From contig CAWDFP010000011.1 in assembly GCA_963801605.1 (NCBI GenBank), forward strand, positions 32,001-96,000: a DNA stretch of 64,000 nucleotides. The letters are read 5' to 3'. Position numbers and translations under genes: made by a program. The notes beneath the pieces were generated by a model that had not been told where the DNA came from, did no database searches, and saw only the letters and a program-made list of their open reading frames with translations. Source of the stretch: an uncultured candidate division Zixibacteria bacterium (lineage in GTDB: Bacteria; Zixibacteria; MSB-5A5; UBA10806). Below are positions 1 through 10,234 of this stretch, in pieces; the stretch's first letter is position 1, and each line of letters begins with the position of its first letter.

Positions 1-2
1 GC

Positions 3-209
3 AGCCACCTCAAAGAGCCTGGCTGCGCGGTGCGTGACGCTATCGAAAAAGGGAAACTCGATCCCGATCGTTTCCAGAGCTACCTGAAGTTAAGAAAGGA
101 ACTTGAATATCTGGCGGCTCGACAGATATTGAAAGCAAATGCAGTCGAGAAACTCAAATGGAAACAGATTTCGCAATATCAGAAGAGCCTGAAGAAATCG
201 AAGGGATGA
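3..209 (+). CDS. rsgA: Ribosome small subunit-dependent GTPase A, C-terminal fragment (5' end outside window)
   Basis: Manual translation SHLKEPGCAVRDAIEKGKLDPDRFQSYLKLRKEL... matches the RsgA zinc-knuckle C-x-H-x-x-EPGCAV and R-x-x-SY motifs. Confidence 0.85.
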   Translation, partial: SHLKEPGCAVRDAIEKGKLDPDRFQSYLKLRKELEYLAARQILKANAVEKLKWKQISQYQKSLKKSKG

Positions 210-235
210 CGAAATGCCCCATACATTAATGGATG

Positions 236-264
236 AGCCGCCTGCTAAAATCGGGCGGCTTTCC
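236..264 (+). terminator. Probable intrinsic terminator hairpin
   Basis: AGCCGCCTG-ctaaaat-CGGGCGGCT followed by TT, just after the rsgA stop. Confidence 0.55.
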
Positions 265-377
265 ATATTCTATTATACTGGGTGACGCCGCGGCCAAACC
301 TCTTGCATAATCCATTATGACATAATATCTTTCGGTCGTAATGGTTACTAAATTCGTCACCAGGACTACCGCCGATT

Positions 378-1646
378 ATGTTCTCCTATAAAAATATTAA
401 ATTAACCGAATATATTAATCATACTGTCAAGCAAACGTTTATTCTATCGGCCAGTAATGTTGTAACCCGTTTTATGGGGATGGTATTTTATATCATTCTG
501 GCCCGCTCGCTATCTGTTTCTGATTATGGATTGTTCAGGTATCTGCTTACTATCGCCTCGATGTATGCCCTGCTCTTTATCGGGATTCCAACTGCGCTTA
601 CCAAATTCCTGGGCGATAAAGATTCGAGTCCCGAACTTAAAACCGAATTTCTTTCGAACTCCCTTTTCTTAAGTATTTTTGCATTTTTGATTTTGACCGT
701 TGTAGTATATTTATTCGCATCGTATAAAATCCCGCTGCTACTATTTATTTTTGCTTATATGGTTGATCAATACTATATCGGTTTCGCCCGAGGATTACTC
801 GATTATCTCAAGCTCAACGGTTTCAAGTTGCTTGAAAACGCCTTGCAGCTATCAATCCTCATAGGAGCTTATCTGATTTATAAAGGAGTTTCCTTCAATA
901 TATCGGTGATCTTTTACTGCTTATCCGGAATAGCGTCGGTAGCAATTTTCGAAATTGTGAAGCCTAATCACAAAATTAAATTGAATCTATCCCTAATAAG
1001 AATTAAGGAAATTGTACGTTATGCCGGCCCTGTTACATTCGGCGCTGTTGGTTGGACTCTGCTATATGGGATCAGCAGTGTCTATATTGAAAATTTCTAC
1101 GGAACCGAACAGGTCGGTTATTTTAGCGTGGGATTAACTTTGATCCAGATTTTCAGCTTTTTACCAGACGCGATATTTACGATCCTGATGCCCAAAGCTG
1201 CCGGCCTTTCGGATAGGCGCAAAATCCAACGGCCTTTGCGATTAGCTGTTTTGGCCTGCCTGGCGTCTTCTGTTCTAATTCTTATTCCGCTTTATTTGTT
1301 TAGAGTCCAAATCGTAAGTATACTTTTTTCGGCGAAATATCTGCCGTCCGTAATAATTATATTGCCCTTGACCCTCGCTCAGGTATTCCTGGTAATTTAC
1401 CAAATTTACGGCACTGCCTGGCAGGGATTCGGCAAACCCGGTTTTACCTCGGCTATTATCGCCATCGCCGCTGGAATTAATATCGTGGTCGGCTTTTTTA
1501 TGATAAAAAGCTATGGGATTTTCGGAGCTTCCTTGTCTCTGGCAATTTCGTCGATCGCTGCCTGTATTATTACCATCCTGCTCTGGCGCCGATGGGTCAA
1601 GCGCGGAGGTCTGGAAACATCGGAATCCGTTGAGCAAGGAATTTGA
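378..1646 (+). CDS. Wzx-type polysaccharide flippase (MOP/PST family)
   Basis: About 12 hydrophobic segments; N-terminal ILARSLSVSDYG and C-terminal YGIFGASLS motifs typical of polysaccharide biosynthesis flippases. Confidence 0.8.
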   Translation: MFSYKNIKLTEYINHTVKQTFILSASNVVTRFMGMVFYIILARSLSVSDYGLFRYLLTIASMYALLFIGIPTALTKFLGDKDSSPELKTEFLSNSLFLSIFAFLILTVVVYLFASYKIPLLLFIFAYMVDQYYIGFARGLLDYLKLNGFKLLENALQLSILIGAYLIYKGVSFNISVIFYCLSGIASVAIFEIVKPNHKIKLNLSLIRIKEIVRYAGPVTFGAVGWTLLYGISSVYIENFYGTEQVGYFSVGLTLIQIFSFLPDAIFTILMPKAAGLSDRRKIQRPLRLAVLACLASSVLILIPLYLFRVQIVSILFSAKYLPSVIIILPLTLAQVFLVIYQIYGTAWQGFGKPGFTSAIIAIAAGINIVVGFFMIKSYGIFGASLSLAISSIAACIITILLWRRWVKRGGLETSESVEQGI

Positions 1647-1647
1647 T

Positions 1648-2850
1648 ATGTATTTTATAGTGCGGACTAAATCGGCCATAAATTCCGTAATTAAATTTTG
1701 GATCCATCTCTTTGGTTCGATTTTTATCAGACCCTTTATCGGCAAACCCGATTTTCAAAAACTCGATCCGCAGAAACCCTATAAGATTCTATATGTTTGT
1801 CTCGCCTTTCGAGGCGACCTGGTAGTCAATTTCCCGGCGATTAACGCGATCAAAAGCCATTTCCCCAATTCCAAAATAACTTGCTGGCTGCACGATTATA
1901 ATGAACCACTGGCCAGATTGATTCCTGCCGTAGATAATGTCATTTCCTACGGTGATTCCGGCCGTAGCGCCATCAGTTTATTCTTAGAATTCCTTAGAGG
2001 GACCAAGCATTCGCCTTTTTTGCAGAAACTGAAGGAATTCGATTTATACATCGACGATTCCGGTTATTCATATACAGCGCTGGCCGGATTTCGCTCTAAA
2101 ATTCCTTACCGAATCGGTAGGAATTTTCAGGGATTTGGCTTTCTTAATCATCGTGAATTCCCCCTCGATTTTAACGTACAGCTTATCGAACGTCGATTGA
2201 AACTTCTCCAGCCCTTTGGCCTAAAATTATCCTTGAAAGATATTCCCAAGCCATATATGAAAATTAGCCCGGAGATTATTACCGCCGCCCGAACAAAATT
2301 TGGCATTTCAAGTAGCGACTATTTTGCAGTTCAGCCCTTTGCCGGATGGGAGGCGAAAAATTGGGGTCTCGATAAATATTGCCAGGTGACCCGGGAATTC
2401 TCGATTTTTAGCGGTCTATTGCCAGTCTTTATCGGATCGCCTGCGGAACAGCCGCTCATCAAGGAATCGCTTTCGCGCCTTGAATTGAATGCGGTTAATA
2501 TCGCCGGATTAGCCAGTTTGGATGAATCCACCGCAATCATCGCTGGAAGCCGATTCTATTTCGGTCCCGATTCAATTGGCAATCATCTTGCCATTGCGCT
2601 TGGCATCAAAAGTTTGACGATGTTTGGCCCAACTCATCCGACTCTCAGCTCTTATCTGGGAGGAGTAAATATCGGAATCCGCAAAATTACTCGATGCACT
2701 CCGGGGCCGGGGCAGGCTTACTGTTGTATCGATGGCGGCCGTAGTTGCCGTCATAATGTCTGCATGATTGAGCTTCGCCAGGAGGATGTTCTTGAAACCC
2801 TTCGACAGCATTGGTCCGGCGAAAAACTGCCGATTGTGGTAGAATTTTAG
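1648..2850 (+). CDS. Glycosyltransferase family 9 (heptosyltransferase-like)
   Basis: GDLVVNFPAINAIKSHFPNSKI, KNW, and DSIGNHLAIALG...FGPT GT9 motifs; ATG at 1648 immediately after the wzx stop is a more likely start than 1513. Confidence 0.85.
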   Translation: MYFIVRTKSAINSVIKFWIHLFGSIFIRPFIGKPDFQKLDPQKPYKILYVCLAFRGDLVVNFPAINAIKSHFPNSKITCWLHDYNEPLARLIPAVDNVISYGDSGRSAISLFLEFLRGTKHSPFLQKLKEFDLYIDDSGYSYTALAGFRSKIPYRIGRNFQGFGFLNHREFPLDFNVQLIERRLKLLQPFGLKLSLKDIPKPYMKISPEIITAARTKFGISSSDYFAVQPFAGWEAKNWGLDKYCQVTREFSIFSGLLPVFIGSPAEQPLIKESLSRLELNAVNIAGLASLDESTAIIAGSRFYFGPDSIGNHLAIALGIKSLTMFGPTHPTLSSYLGGVNIGIRKITRCTPGPGQAYCCIDGGRSCRHNVCMIELRQEDVLETLRQHWSGEKLPIVVEF

Positions 2851-2978
2851 CATTCTACTAAATTCCGAAAATGCTTTCATATTCGGTCGTCTTTTCAATC
2901 GAAACCAGGCGAATTCTGCTCCTCAGATAACCTTAACCATATTTCTATCTCCATATATCTCAAAGCCCTAAAAAGAGT

Positions 2979-3007
2979 TTGCCTATAGGTGAGGCATTGC
3001 TTATAAT
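2979..3007 (+). promoter_or_regulatory. sigma70-type promoter
   Basis: TTGCCT-17 bp-TATAAT upstream of yggS. Confidence 0.55.
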
Positions 3008-3018
3008 TTGTGGCTATA

Positions 3019-3717
3019 ATGGGCACGAGTCAAATTGCTCGTAATATCGAGTTGGTCAGGCAAAAGCTCGAAAAGCGTTGCCAGAGCCTGGAGCGGGATG
3101 CCTCCGGCGTTACCGTTGTCGGCATCACCAAGACTTTTCCGGCTCAGGCAGCCATCGAGGGCCTCAAAGCGGGGCTGATCAACCTTGGAGAAAATAAGGT
3201 CCAGGAAGCGCTCGAAAAGATACCGTTAATCGAACCTCGACCGATCTGGCATCTGGTTGGTCACCTTCAAAAAAACAAGGTGAAAAAGGCGGTCGAACTT
3301 TTCGATATAATTCAATCCGTGGATAGCGTTGAACTGGCCAGATCGATTTCGGAAAAAGCCGGGCAGGTTGGAAAAAAAATGACGATTTACCTTCAGGTCA
3401 ACTCATCGGATGAACCGCAGAAGAGTGGATTTGAACCAACCGAAATCCTGAAAGTGATCGATGAAGTCAAATCGCTGCCCAACCTGGCTATCACCGGTTT
3501 GATGACAATCGGACCGTTGACCGAGGACCTAAAAAAAATCGAAAAGAGTTTTGCCCTGACCCAAAAACTATTCGAACAGATCCGGACGATGATCGGAAGC
3601 GGCTTCGAAAAGCTATCGATGGGAATGTCGGGCGACTACGAATTGGCATTGAATTACGGGGCTAATGTACTTAGAATTGGAACCGCCATTTTTGGCGTGA
3701 GAAGAACTGATAAATAG
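3019..3717 (+). CDS. yggS: YggS-family pyridoxal phosphate homeostasis protein (PLPBP)
   Basis: LGENKVQEA, WHLVGHLQKNK, LSMGMSGDY, RIGTAIFG motifs; start is ATG 3019 or GTG 3010. Confidence 0.95.
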   Translation: MGTSQIARNIELVRQKLEKRCQSLERDASGVTVVGITKTFPAQAAIEGLKAGLINLGENKVQEALEKIPLIEPRPIWHLVGHLQKNKVKKAVELFDIIQSVDSVELARSISEKAGQVGKKMTIYLQVNSSDEPQKSGFEPTEILKVIDEVKSLPNLAITGLMTIGPLTEDLKKIEKSFALTQKLFEQIRTMIGSGFEKLSMGMSGDYELALNYGANVLRIGTAIFGVRRTDK

Positions 3718-3725
3718 GAGGCGCG

Positions 3726-4332
3726 GTGAAGATATCTCCATTAGATATCAAAAAGCAGGAGTTCGCCGTCAAATTCAGAGGTTATTCACCCGACGAGGTG
3801 CATGCTTACCTCGATATGATATCCGCTGAACTCGAAGACGCTCTCAGGAAGAATCTCGAGCTGGAGCAGAAAGTTGCCTCGCAGCAGGAACGCCTGACCA
3901 GCTACAGCCGGATGGAAACTGTTCTGCATGAGACTCTGGTTACCACTCAAAAGGCAGCCGAGGAAACCAAGGTAGCGGCCGAGCGCAAAGCCGAGGCTAT
4001 CATCGCCGAGGCCAATCTTGCCGCTCAGCGAATAACCAATGAGACCAATGAGAAACTGGTCAAGATCCAACGAGAGATTGTTGAACTCACCAATCAGAAG
4101 GATTCACTTCTGGTGAGTTTCAGGTCTCTGCTTGAAACCCAGCTATCGCTTTTGGATTCGATGGAAAAACGTCAGAAGAGCCACTGAGGAATTTGTCCCA
4201 ATCAAGAAGAAAAATGATTTAAGCGATGATGAATTAGAAGCTATCGTCGATGAGTTTGAGCGTAAACTCGCCAGCGAAAAAAGCGTCAATCGTCGGGCCG
4301 ATTCCGAGCCGAGGAGAAACGATGGAAATTAA
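3726..4332 (+). CDS. divIVA: DivIVA-domain protein (stop at 4187 in track; probable frameshifted C-terminal tail to 4332)
   Basis: ISPLDIKKQEF..KFRGYSPDEV DivIVA signature followed by coiled coil; the +1 frame continues as a protein-like acidic helix (LSDDELEAIVDEFERKL). Confidence 0.85.
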
Positions 4333-5146
4333 GACTCAACTTAAAGAGACTGTAGATTGTATCAGGGGCTTTACCAAAGCCTCGCCGGCTATCGGGATTA
4401 TTCTGGGAACCGGATTGGGCGCTTTAGCCGATGAGATTCAGAAAGAGACCGTGATTCCTTATGAGAAAATCACTCATTTTCCGGTGAGCACGGTGGAATC
4501 GCATGCGGGCAAGCTTCTGTTCGGCAAACTTGGTGGACGGGATATCGTAGCAATGCAGGGGAGGTTCCATTACTACGAGGGCTACACGCTGCAGCAGGTG
4601 ACCTACCCCGTGCGCGTACTGAAAGAGCTTGGAGTAAAAATATTGATTGTCTCTAACGCTTGCGGTGGTATGAACCCGCAATTTAACCTGGGTGAACTGG
4701 TTCTGATTACAGATCATATTAATCTTCAAGGAACCAACCCGCTCATAGGTCACAACGATGATAAAATGGGCGCGAGATTTCCCGATATGTTCAATTGCTA
4801 CGACAAGGAGCTTCGCAACTTGGCGGAAGCGGTTGCCCTGGAGGAGAAGGTACCCTTGCAGAAAGGCGTCTATGTAGCTGTCTCCGGCCCGACATTCGAG
4901 ACCGCGGCAGAGTATCGTATGTTCCGCGCTATCGGAGGCGATATGGTTGGCATGTCAACCGTGCCCGAGGTTATCGTGGCGCGCCATCAGGGAACTAAGG
5001 TGCTTGGATTCTCGCTTGTAACCGATATGGGTCTTCCCGATGCTATGGAGCCGTGCAGTCATGAGAGAGTCATGGCCGCGGCCAACAAAGCTGAACCCAA
5101 GCTGACTAAATTGGTAAAAAAGATTGTAGAGAGGATGAACGCTTAA
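4322..5146 (+). CDS. Purine nucleoside phosphorylase (trimeric PNP I type)
   Basis: IILGTGLG, STVESHAG, MQGRFHYYEGY, GPTFETAAE, VGMSTVPE motifs; RBS GAGGAG before ATG 4322. Confidence 0.95.
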   Translation: MEIKTQLKETVDCIRGFTKASPAIGIILGTGLGALADEIQKETVIPYEKITHFPVSTVESHAGKLLFGKLGGRDIVAMQGRFHYYEGYTLQQVTYPVRVLKELGVKILIVSNACGGMNPQFNLGELVLITDHINLQGTNPLIGHNDDKMGARFPDMFNCYDKELRNLAEAVALEEKVPLQKGVYVAVSGPTFETAAEYRMFRAIGGDMVGMSTVPEVIVARHQGTKVLGFSLVTDMGLPDAMEPCSHERVMAAANKAEPKLTKLVKKIVERMNA

Positions 5147-5152
5147 GTAGCC

Positions 5153-8100
5153 ATGTCTGAGCTTTATAAAAAGATTGAAGGCGAATTTGACGCCGCCGCC
5201 CGCGAGAATGAGGTCAGCCGCTTCTGGGACGATAAAGCCATTTTTCGGGAATCAATAAAACAGCGCTCCAACGGCCAGCGCTATATATTTTACGAGGGGC
5301 CGCCCACTGCCAACGGTTTGCCGCATATCGGTCATGCTTTGGCTCGCACCATCAAGGACAGTATCTGCCGCTACAAGACGATGAAAGGTTTCCTTGTGGA
5401 GCGCAAGGCAGGTTGGGACACTCACGGCCTGCCGGTCGAGCTTGAGGTTGAAAAGCTTCTCGGTATCACGACCAAAGATGAAATCGAAAAGCTGGGAATC
5501 GAAAAATTCAACGCCGAATGCAAACGCTCAGTCTTCAAGTATAAAGCTCAATGGGATGAGTTCACTCGCAGGCTTGGGTATTGGATAGATTTATCCAATC
5601 CCTATATTACCTATACCAACGATTATATCGAATCCGTTTGGAGTATCTTAAAGCGTTTCTGGGAAGCTGAGCTTCTCTATAAAGGTTTCAAGATTCTTCC
5701 CTGGTGCCCTCGCTGCGAGACGGCGCTCTCGTCTCATGAGGTGGCGCAAGGATACAAGCCGGTTTCGGATCCCATCTGTTTTCGTTACCATGAAAGTGAA
5801 GGGATCATCCGATACTTACTTCCTGGTCTGGACCACTACTCCCTGGACGCTTCTTTCGAATGTAGCGTTGGCGCTCAATCCAAACGAAAATTACGTAACG
5901 GTTCAATACGGTGATAAAAAACTCATCCTGGCTGAACCGCGGTTAGGTATTCTTAAAGACGAATATCAAATTCTCGGGAGTAAAAAAGGTCAGGAATACT
6001 ACGGTACGAAGTACGAACCGCTTTATAATTACATGCCCGTGGAAAAGGGCCATTATGCGGTCACCGCGGATTTTGTAACTATGGATGACGGCTCCGGTAT
6101 CGTTCATATCGCCCCGGCTTTTGGCGCCGACGATTACGATATCGGAATGAAAGAGGGTCTATCGGTTGTTCAGGCAGTTAATATCGAGGGTAATTTTGTA
6201 CCGGAGGTTACTCCCTGGGCCGGATGGTTTGTCAAGAAGGCCGATCCTCAAATTATAAAGGATCTCGAAAAGCGCGGACTGCTTTTATTTTCCACGCTCT
6301 ATACGCACGACTACCCATTTTGCTGGCGCTGCGATTCACCGCTCCTTTACTATGCGCGGTCCTCGTGGTTTATCAAAACCACCGCCATCAAAGATAAGAT
6401 GATCGCGGAGAACAATAAAATCGCCTGGTATCCTCCGGAAGTTGGTCAGGGACGGTTCGGCGAGTGGCTTGAAAATAATATCGATTGGGCGCTTTCCCGT
6501 GAGCGCTATTGGGGCACTCCTCTGCCGGTTTGGATTTGCGAGAGCTGCGAGAAACAGCATTGTATCGGTTCAATCGAGGAATTGCTTAAAAAAGCTGTTG
6601 ATCCTGATGCCGCCAGGGCCGCCCTGGGAGATCCGATAGATATTCATCGGCCTTTTATTGACAAAGTTCAAATCAAATGCCCGCATTGCGGCGGGGTTAT
6701 GAGCCGCGTAACCGAGGTTATCGATGCCTGGTTCGATTCAGGCTCTATGCCTTACGGTCAAGTGCATTATCCCTTTGAACATAAAGACGATTTTGAGACC
6801 AAGCATTTCCCGGCGGAATTAATCGCCGAGGGTTTAGATCAGACACGCGGCTGGTTTTATTCGATGCTGGCAATTTCGACTTTTATCTCCGGCCGTTCCT
6901 GTTATAAAAGCTGCATCGTCAATAATCTGGTACTGGACCCCGAGGGCATTAAGATGTCCAAGCGGCTGGGCAATGTCATCGATCCCATGCAGTTTATCGA
7001 AAAACATGGGGCCGACGCTGTTAGATGGTATCTCGTAAGCTCATCGCAGGTTTGGCTTCCCAAACGCTTTGAAGTTGAATCGCTGATCGAAATAATGCGG
7101 CGTTTTTTCTCGACGCTTCTGAATACATATTCATTTTTTGCACTTTACGCCAATATCGATAAATTTAAGCCGTCGAATTCAAATTCCGATATCTCCAACA
7201 GACCTCTCAGTGATCGCTGGATCATTTCCCGTCTTAATACGTTAATCGCTGAGGTCGAAAAATCATTTTCGGAAAATGATCTTACACGCTGCACCAGGGC
7301 CATCGCCGATTTTACGGTTGACGACTTATCCAATTGGTATGTCAGACGCAGCCGCCGCCGTTTCTGGGGCTCCGATGATGAATCCGACAAAAATGCCGCT
7401 TACCAGACTCTTTTCGATTGTATTCTGACCGTTACTAAACTTATGGCTCCGGTAGCGCCATTTCTCGCGGAATATATATATTGTCGATTGACCGAAAATC
7501 TGTCCGATTTTCCTGAGTCAGTGCATCTGTGCGAATTCCCCAAAGTCGACGAGGATCGCATAATCAAGCGGATTGAGGATGAAATGGCGATGGCGCGCAC
7601 GGCGGTTGAGCTTGGCCGCTCCGCCCGCAAAGATTCGAAGATCAAAGTCAGACAACCGCTGTCGCGGTTGGTGGCCGTGGGACTCAATCACCCCGAGCAG
7701 GAAATGCTGCGTACATTGGAATCGATCGTTTTGGATGAGCTTAATGCCAAACGCCTCGATTTTGATAATAAAGATGAAGCTTACTTCTCGCTAAAGGCCG
7801 ATCCCGAATTCAAAAGCATCGGTCCTAAATTTGGTCCCCGGGCCTCCGAAATTGCCGTCAAAATAAAAGGTTTGACTCGCGAACAAATTGTAAAGCTTCA
7901 AATCGAGGGGCAATTGGTTGTCAGCGATGACGACCGTCCGGTTTCAATTGAGCTCTCCGATGTTAAAATCAAAATTATACCGGTTGACGGTTACTCCGTG
8001 AGTTCGGATGGTCATCTTAAGGTGGTATTGGACCTGACGCTTAATGATGACCTGATTGCCGAGGGCAACGCCAGAGAACTCGTCAATAAAATTCAAAATC

Positions 8101-8309
8101 TGCGTAAAAGTTCCGGTCTGGATGTCACGGATCGAATTACGCTTAGCATATCCACGAATAGCGAAACCGCCAAGGCGCTTGCGAAGTTTTCAGAGTATAT
8201 AAAATCGGAGACATTGGCGGAGAGACTGGTAGATACCGGAGATTTAAAGCACACTCAGGAGTTCGATCTGAGCGGCTCCAAAACTGTTATTGCATTAGAG
8301 CGGATTTAA
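5153..8309 (+). CDS. ileS: Isoleucyl-tRNA synthetase, type 2; split by a +1 indel near 5772
   Basis: [40 protein letters not shown] and KMSKR motifs; the two track ORFs join at GAT CC(C)A TCT GTT (DPSVFV). Confidence 0.95.
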
Positions 8310-8338
8310 TTGTATATATCGGTCCGGAGGATGTAGGA

Positions 8339-8719
8339 ATGAATAAGAAAGAACTGGAAAAATACGAAAAGCTTCTCCTGGAGAAGCGCGGCGAGCTATT
8401 GGAAGAGTTCGGACATCTGAAAAAAGCCGTCATGGATAATACCATCAAGGAGAATACCGGTGAGCTCTCGTCCTACACCTACCACATGGCCGATCTTGGC
8501 ACCGACTCCATGGAACGCGAAAAGCAATTCCTGATGGCCTCCAAGCAGGGACGACTCCTTTATCATATCGATGAAGCTTTGCGCCGAATCCACAGTAACA
8601 CTTACGGAAATTGCGTTGAGTGCGGCAAGCCGATTTCGCCGGAAAGACTTCAAGCGGTTCCTCATGCCAGGATGTGTATAAAGTGCAAGGAGGCGGAAGA
8701 GCAGAAGAAGGCCAAGTAG
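8339..8719 (+). CDS. DksA/TraR-family C4 zinc finger protein
   Basis: HMADLGTDSMERE coiled-coil tip; YGNCVECGKPISPERLQAVPHARMCIKC zinc finger. Confidence 0.9.
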   Translation: MNKKELEKYEKLLLEKRGELLEEFGHLKKAVMDNTIKENTGELSSYTYHMADLGTDSMEREKQFLMASKQGRLLYHIDEALRRIHSNTYGNCVECGKPISPERLQAVPHARMCIKCKEAEEQKKAK

Positions 8720-8730
8720 TGGGACAAGTC

Positions 8731-9264
8731 ATGCGTCGTAAAAGCCTTCTTTGTTATCTGGGGATTTCTTTAGTTATAGTTGCCGCCGATCAGATTTCCA
8801 AGCTTCTGATCGAAAATCATCTAAAAGAAAATCAGTCGGTCTCTGTAATCGGAGACCTTTTAAATTTCCATTTCATTTACAACCAGGGCGGGGCTATGGG
8901 CACCAGCGTTGGGCCGTCGTGGGTCTATGCCATCCTGACGATTGCCGCGCTTGGCCTGATTATCAGATATTTTACCAGCCCGCAATCCGATGGCGCCTTC
9001 GTCAAACTCTCGCTGGCGATGATACTCGGAGGAGCGGTCGGAAATCTAATCGATAGATTGCGCCAGGGAAAGGTTATCGATTTCATCGATATGGACATTC
9101 CCGATATCGGCTTTTTGCATCTTTATCGCTGGTTCACTTTTAATATTGCCGATGCCGCCATTACTGTCGGTTTGATTTTATTCGCCATAAGTATTCTATT
9201 TCCCAAGAAGCCTCAGGATAATGGCGACGCTAACATGCCGGAGCCTCAAGTTCCGGAGGTCTAA
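8731..9264 (+). CDS. lspA: Lipoprotein signal peptidase II
   Basis: DQISK, NQGGAMG, GGAVGNLIDR, VIDFID and FNIADAAI motifs. Confidence 0.95.
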   Translation: MRRKSLLCYLGISLVIVAADQISKLLIENHLKENQSVSVIGDLLNFHFIYNQGGAMGTSVGPSWVYAILTIAALGLIIRYFTSPQSDGAFVKLSLAMILGGAVGNLIDRLRQGKVIDFIDMDIPDIGFLHLYRWFTFNIADAAITVGLILFAISILFPKKPQDNGDANMPEPQVPEV

Positions 9265-9265
9265 T

Positions 9266-10234
9266 TTGACTCCCCAAAAACTCAAGCTTATCGTTCCCGA
9301 TGATCTCGCCGGTGAGCGGCTTGATATTTTCTGCTCTCGAAAAGTCGCCGATCGCACCCGCAGCTATTTCACCAAGCTCGCTGCCGCCGGTCATATCAGT
9401 GTCGATGGTAAAATCGCCAAGCCTGCTCTGAAGATGAAGCCGGGAATGAAAGTTGAAATCGAAATTGTGCCTCCGCCTCCACTTGAAGCTAAGCCTGAGG
9501 ATATACCGCTTACTATCGTTTATGAGGATGATCGAATTCTTATCATCGATAAGCCGCCCGATATGGTTGTTCATCCGGCTGCCGGTAATTATGAAGGGAC
9601 CCTGGTGAACGCTATCTTGTATCATCTTGGCAGGAGCCCGAATTTAGATTCCACCAGGTTGGGCCTGGTTCACCGACTCGATAAGGATACATCGGGGTTG
9701 CTCGTGGTAGCCAAGGATGAGCGGGCATTGGCCTATCTGCAAACCAAATTAAAAGAGCGCGCAATAAGCCGTTTATATAAGGCTCTGGTTTGGGGAAATA
9801 TCGAACCCCAGGCTGGCAAGATTGATCTTCCCATTGGACGCAGCGAACGCGACCGAAAAGTGATGACAGTCAATCCTCGTCATGGACGATCCGCCGTTAC
9901 TCACTACGAACTGATCGAGAGGTTCAAATTCGCTGATTTTTTACGTCTGAAACTCGAAACGGGACGCACCCATCAGATCCGCGTTCATCTTTCGCATTAT
10001 GGTCATCCGATTATCGGCGACCCCACCTATGGGGGACGATCCAAATATCTCCGACGTTTAACCAAAAACGAATTATCTTATGCCACCGGAATATTGGGCA
10101 TTTTGGATCGCCAGGCTCTGCATGCATTTCAATTGGAGCTGCCTCATCCCGATGACGAAAGGCCGATGAAATTCGAATCTAAATTGCCCGATGATTTTAT
10201 GAAGGCGCTGGAATATTTGCGAACAGCGAAATGA
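9266..10234 (+). CDS. rluD: RluA/RluD-family pseudouridine synthase with S4 domain
   Basis: ERLD S4 domain, HRLDKDTSG catalytic motif, LETGRTHQIRVH; TTG start at 9266 inferred. Confidence 0.9.
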   Translation: MTPQKLKLIVPDDLAGERLDIFCSRKVADRTRSYFTKLAAAGHISVDGKIAKPALKMKPGMKVEIEIVPPPPLEAKPEDIPLTIVYEDDRILIIDKPPDMVVHPAAGNYEGTLVNAILYHLGRSPNLDSTRLGLVHRLDKDTSGLLVVAKDERALAYLQTKLKERAISRLYKALVWGNIEPQAGKIDLPIGRSERDRKVMTVNPRHGRSAVTHYELIERFKFADFLRLKLETGRTHQIRVHLSHYGHPIIGDPTYGGRSKYLRRLTKNELSYATGILGILDRQALHAFQLELPHPDDERPMKFESKLPDDFMKALEYLRTAK

